A program made the position numbers and the translations under genes. Shown one piece after another: positions 34,101-38,462 of a stretch of 38,462 bases of DNA. The notes below the pieces were generated by a model. The model was not told the DNA's origin, ran no database searches, and worked only from the letters and a program-made list of their open reading frames with translations. Within the stretch, counting starts at the first letter, position 1. Every line of letters starts with the position of its first letter. The stretch comes from Folioceros fuciformis (taxonomy: Eukaryota), in contig JBNGIO010006304.1 in assembly GCA_049999805.1 (NCBI GenBank), forward strand, positions 290,695 to 329,156. The letters run 5' to 3'.

Positions 34101-35263
34101 AACTTTGAGGCTAAGTTGCCAGCATAAAGAAACCTCCTCCACACAGAAGGTAAGGTACCTGGAAAATAGCAAGAACTGTAACAGGGTCCGTTGCTGATAT
34201 GATCGATCCAAAGATCATGCTTTCAAAAAATGTCAGCCTGTAGATGAGATACAACACGCCTCCCAACCAGCTGGAATTGAAACCGTGCAACACGATTACA
34301 AACTACAAGCTACGGTACTGCAGACAAATTTCTCATCCTGTGGAACTTTGCACGCAAGCCACAACGCATTCTAACCGAAATCCACTAAAGTTGCAATTTC
34401 TTACACTAAGATCCCTGTCACCATTGCAGCGACAAAAGTGCCGAGGATTGCAATAACACATATAGCTCCAAAGTTGGAAAAAAATGGTTTCTGCGTAAAT
34501 GGTCACATGTGAGTGAGACCTTCATATAACAGAACAAGTACGCAGGTTCTCACATCACACGTCGGCAAAAATAATCAATCATACCGGTTGAAGGCTGAAG
34601 CCAGATTCGGTACCACATAGCTTGTCAAGGCCACAACATATTATTCGAAACCAGACGGTCCCATACTTCAACAGCTCAAAAGGAAGAAAATTCAGCTGGC
34701 ACATTTTATGCTCAAAGGATATAATATAATCGGAGGAAGTAGAAAGAAAAAAAAGAAATCCTCGTGGAAGTTGAACCAATCCCTGCCAAACCAGGACATC
34801 GGTAAGAGACATGGATGCAGCTGATCCTCTAATGCCAACCAGAACCTGATGCCGGTGTCACGACCTGAAACGGTCCTCTGTATTCGAGAAATTTGCTAGC
34901 ATACCCGCGCAGAGGCCTGCGGCAACACGGGAAGGAAAATGAAACACGTGCATACTGGGCGCACGCTCCAGCTCTCTACTTCTTCTGCAAATCTAACCAC
35001 TAAAGCTACAGAGGCTGTTCACAATCCCCCCCCATAAACCCAGACACTGTCAGCGTCCGAACTTGGCAAAGGTAGCGAACCACACCAATGATAAGGGCCG
35101 CACTAGCCTCATGAAGATAGTGAAACTTGTGCCGCCTTAAAACGTGGCCCATCACAAATGCTAGCACCAGCATCAATATCTGCACCAAAATGCTGACACT
35201 CGCAATCTGCTGCGGGTCCACCGCATTTGCGGCAGGCTGAATTCCTGACGTCTCTTTTTCCAT
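31111..35263 (-). CDS. NHX6: Endosomal Na+(K+)/H+ antiporter, NHX5/NHX6-type, about 24 exons (last 2-3 exons uncertain; alternative stop at 31182)
   Basis: Spliced translation gives [124 protein letters not shown]. Includes several 20-32 nt exons. Confidence 0.93.
32453..32547 (-). other. U12-type GT-AG intron in NHX
   Basis: Donor GTATCCTTT; branch-like TCTTTGAC; acceptor TTCAG. Confidence 0.75.
33397..33478 (-). other. U12-type AT-AC intron in NHX
   Basis: Donor ATATCCTT, branch CCTTGAC, acceptor GCAC. Splicing gives TCAL|LFKYAGL. Confidence 0.9.
34610..34722 (-). other. U12-type AT-AC intron in NHX
   Basis: Donor ATATCCTTT, branch CCTTGAC, acceptor GTAC. Splicing gives [13 protein letters not shown]. 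Confidence 0.92.
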
Positions 35264-36345
35264 TCCCTACTCCCGGAAAGCCTGCTGCATTCAGACAGAA
35301 AAGGCGAAAAACCTCATGACAAACTCCTCCCCGCCACAGATCTGGCTCCAAAGCAAGCTCCAAGAATAAGCAGAAATCTGACCACACCGTGAATCTGGCC
35401 AGCTTCGAGCGTTCAGCGGCTCCCAGTTCCCGTCCCCGTCCCCAGCTTCTGAGCTGCGGACAGTCCGCGGGTACCGAGATTGCCTATGATCCTGAAGTGC
35501 TGAGGCCGCAGAATTGCGCAATTTTGAGGTTGCAAGGCACCCCTAACAGCCGGATCGCACGGCTCCAAGCCGCCGCCTGAGATTGAAGCAAACAGCGCCG
35601 TCTTCAGCACAGGCTACCACCTCACGGCATCGGTGGGTGCACGGGACTTCAAGCCGGCGCTTGTCCGGTGACCGGCCCCGGCCTGCGTCCCTGGTATCGT
35701 GCTCCACTTTCGCTTCGACATCTGTATCATTTTAGAAGTGAACTCCGTTACGGACTGCCCACCTATTTGTCCGTAACTGTGGCCAGCTGCAGTAGCGTGT
35801 GGAGCAGAGATTGTGTAATCACGGTATCGACGGGTACATGTGTATGTACACACATCCATAGTTTAAATATATTGTTTTCCTAATAGGGAATCTAAGGTGG
35901 TGTACGGATACTCTAGAAGGTAGCTGGCCTGCAATCTCCGCCTTCCGCCGATGCGAAGTCCATCGTCCGACAAACTGTCGTTTCGTCGCCACATTCCCTG
36001 ACCGCACGAGCCCGTCCTCCTGCGAGTCATAGTTGTCTGGAGTGTTCCATGGTAGAATCAGCCTGGGAATCGACGTCTCCGCGAAAACCAGACCTGGCCA
36101 GGGCTGTTGAAGGTGAATTTTCCAGGGAGGGTGGTGGCGAAGAGACGTTGTGACAAGTCCCAGGCAGTCTCTCTCAGACTGGTCGAGCATTTTCAGCAAG
36201 CCAGTGCAGTTTTCTGCTCGGGACACCTCTGGATATGGGGATGGGAACTTTCGTCTGTGACTGCTGATTACTGGGTGAGGTTGTTGAGGATTAGGGGGTT
36301 CTGGTGCAGGCAGACAGGTCTGGTACCGAAACTCTGTTGTTACAT

Positions 36346-36500
36346 CATGTGCTGAAGACATGTGTACAATGACGCAGAACAATGTGAGCTCTGGGTCGGC
36401 TCGTCCATGCGTTGTCGGTGAGAAAGGATTCTGCATGAGACACGTTCCTGGGCTTCCGTATTCCGCGGATGTATGATTCTCATGGCCGGTTGCACATGAT
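36346..36500 (+). pseudogene. Decayed N-terminal PPR (L/S) motifs, out of frame with the downstream PPR ORF
   Basis: HVLKTCVQ*RRTM*ALGRLVHALSVRKDSA*DTFLGFRIPRMYDSHGRL, with TGA at 36370, 36385 and 36436. Confidence 0.5.
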
Positions 36501-37793
36501 TTGACCGCGTGCGGCAGCTTGGACGAAGGCCAAAGGATGTTCGACAAGCTTGCTCAGAAAGCTGTGATGACTTGGAATTCCATGATTGCGGGATACTCTC
36601 AGCAGGGCCTTGGCCAGGAGGCCCTTCATCTTTACACGGTTATGCAAGACGAAAGCATTGTTGCACCTGATTCTGTAACATTTATGTGTGCCCTGCAGGC
36701 ATGTGCAAGTGCAGGCACCCCGGCTCTAGAGAAGGGAAAGGAGCTTCATGCACAAATCAGGGAACGAGGGCTTCAAGCTGACCTGTTTGTGGCCAGCAGT
36801 TTGGTAAACATGTATGCCAAGTGTGGCAGCCTAGAGGATGCCGAGGGTTTGTTTTACGGACTTGGTCAGAAGAACGTGGTGACGTGGAGTGCTATGATAG
36901 CAGGATATTCCCAACAGGGCATGGGCCATGAAGCCCTTCATTTGTACAAGGCTATGCAAGAAGAAGGCATTTCTGCACCGGATGCCGCAACATTTGTGAG
37001 CCTTCTACAGGCATGTGGGGATGTTGCAGCTTTGCATCTCGGAAGGCAGCTTCATGCGGGGCTAGAAGAACGGGGACTCCAAACCGATGTGCGTGTAGCC
37101 ATCAGTTTGATCAGAATGTATGGGAAGTCCGGGAGCATGGTGGACGCACAGCAGGTGTTCGATGCATTGCCCGAACGAGACGCTGTTGGCTGGAATGCAC
37201 TGATTACTGGCTACACGCGGCAAGGAGACAGTGAAGTAGTCTTCAACTCGTTCAGCAGAATGCAAGAGGATGGCATACAACCAACCGGCGTCACATTCCT
37301 TGGCTTGCTTACAGCGTGCAGCCATGCAGGTCTGGTGAAGAGGGGTCAAGAATACTTCGACGCTAGGAGCGAGCAGTACGGCATCCCTCCCACGGTGGAG
37401 CACTATGCATGCATGGTGGATCTCCTGGGACGTGCTGGCCGACTGCACGAGGTAAGGACTATGCCTTTGTTGCCAATTGCTGCAGTCTGGCACACTCTAT
37501 TGAGTGCTTGTCAGAAGTGGGGCAACGTAGAGGTGGGACGACAGGCTTTCCATGGAGCCGTGAAATTAGACGAAAAGCACGCCGCAGCATATGTGACCAT
37601 GTGTAACATATACACTAACGCCCGTGTGTGGCAGGAGGCAGAGCAGATGCAGACACAGAGAGTAGGAACAGGGGAACGGAAGCATCCGGGCCAGAGCTGG
37701 CGGACAGACATGCACGGATTGGTGCGAACTAACTTGTGTTTAAAATTTATTAGACTACGGGAACAATTGGTCATAGCTGGTCTCATAGTCTAG
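36501..37793 (+). CDS. PLS-class pentatricopeptide repeat protein (organellar RNA editing factor type) with E domains and PG box, no DYW; probably truncated or pseudogenic
   Basis: 430-codon frame, first ATG at 36537. P-L-S triplets (WNSMIAGYSQQG, TFMCALQACAS, LVNMYAKCGSLEDA), LLTACSHAGLV, HYACMVDLLGRAG, WHTLLSACQKWGNV, KHPGQSWRTD. Confidence 0.8.
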   Translation: MTACGSLDEGQRMFDKLAQKAVMTWNSMIAGYSQQGLGQEALHLYTVMQDESIVAPDSVTFMCALQACASAGTPALEKGKELHAQIRERGLQADLFVASSLVNMYAKCGSLEDAEGLFYGLGQKNVVTWSAMIAGYSQQGMGHEALHLYKAMQEEGISAPDAATFVSLLQACGDVAALHLGRQLHAGLEERGLQTDVRVAISLIRMYGKSGSMVDAQQVFDALPERDAVGWNALITGYTRQGDSEVVFNSFSRMQEDGIQPTGVTFLGLLTACSHAGLVKRGQEYFDARSEQYGIPPTVEHYACMVDLLGRAGRLHEVRTMPLLPIAAVWHTLLSACQKWGNVEVGRQAFHGAVKLDEKHAAAYVTMCNIYTNARVWQEAEQMQTQRVGTGERKHPGQSWRTDMHGLVRTNLCLKFIRLREQLVIAGLIV

Positions 37794-37850
37794 TGGTTAG
37801 GACACTGGACTCTGAATCCAGTAACCCGAGTTCAAATCTCGGTGGGACCT
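37779..37850 (+). tRNA. trnQ-CUG: tRNA-Gln (anticodon CTG)
   Basis: 72 nt. Acceptor stem GGTCTCA/TGGGACC, D arm TAGTGG, anticodon stem CTGGA/TCCAG with CTG at 37812-37814, T arm CCGAG-TTCAAAT-CTCGG. Confidence 0.97.
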
Positions 37851-37862
37851 CTGAAGGCGCAC

Positions 37863-37871
37863 TTTTATTTT
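37863..37871 (+). terminator. RNA polymerase III terminator-like T tract
   Basis: TTTTATTTT starting 12 nt after the tRNA 3' end. Confidence 0.6.
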
Positions 37872-38415
37872 CCCCTTGGGAACGCCTCACCATATCGAAT
37901 ATCTAGGGTGCTCTACGTATTACAAAGACGAGCCCTTCGCATCGTGGCAGCGATGGCGTCCGCGCTCTCGCATGCTTTTGCAGCGCCGGGAGTGACAGCT
38001 GTGTGGCCAGTGCGCACCGCTTCCCAAGACATTGCCGCCGTATGCAGGGTGGCGCACCTGCCCGCGGGTCTGGTCGGCGAGCGGCGTCAGGAAGTCGTGC
38101 TTTGGCTGCAGGATTCCAACAGGATGGCGCCGCTCCGTCCAATCCGTCCAAGTGCAAGGAGCAGACGCGTGTACCCTGGTCTTTGTTGCGGTTAGAGCTG
38201 TGGTGCAAAGGGCTGCGGAGGTTTTGAGGCCTGACCACGCAGCTGCCCAGGCCCAGGAACGCGGAGGACGCGGCTGTCGTGGCCTCGCTCGAGGGGAGCT
38301 TGTTGCTGGCAGCGGGGCCTCTATTCTCCGCGTCTCAGTCTGTGAGCACGACCGTCACCGTGGTTGCTTCCGGGATGGCCAAGCGGCTCGAGCTCTACAG
38401 CGGTTTGCTTATTGA

Positions 38416-38462
38416 GCGTCTGGACAGACCTTTGAGCGGAAGGCCATTGAGCGGTGGTTTGC
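38416..38462 (+). pseudogene. U-box domain fragment running off the window end (pseudogene or internal exon)
   Basis: ASGQTFERKAIERWF matches the U-box GQTFERxAIxxW segment. It is preceded by an in-frame TGA and lacks the FxCPxxxxxMxDPV part. Confidence 0.5.

Noticed and set aside
9709..35263. Functional gene cluster (HGO, MSBP, cystatin, NHX, etc.)
   Set aside because: The products belong to unrelated housekeeping pathways; proximity reflects a compact genome.
36370..36438. TGA stops repaired by U-to-C editing
   Set aside because: Reverse editing is known for organellar transcripts; this locus is nuclear and also has a frame change.
35819..36547. 242-aa minus-strand ORF
   Set aside because: Non-ATG start, antisense to the decayed PPR 5' region, and no recognisable domain.

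Overview
Eukaryotic nuclear DNA from a compact non-seed land plant. A hornwort is the best guess, inferred from ~70-120 nt introns and a PLS-PPR gene with a WW-like PG box. Bases 1-8.4 kb are a decayed transposon block: a CRE-like non-LTR retrotransposon (zinc finger plus RT, crossed by a 100-N gap and cut off at ~2838), an unidentified remnant, and a PIF/Harbinger element, all rich in short tandem duplications. The rest is gene-dense: homogentisate 1,2-dioxygenase (9 exons), an intronless coiled-coil protein, a membrane steroid-binding protein, an FHA/RVxF protein, RAE1 (8 exons), a histone H2A variant with an SPKK/TPKK tail, a Gly-rich conserved plant protein (7 exons), a C-terminally extended phytocystatin, an NHX5/6-type antiporter with three U12 introns, a truncated PLS-E PPR gene overlapping tRNA-Gln(CTG), and a U-box fragment at the window edge. 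I found no convincing new multi-gene system. The best leads are the CRE-like element, the H2A variant, the PPR/tRNA junction and the HGO N-terminal extension. All exon calls were made by eye and family assignments are from remembered motifs, not database searches.
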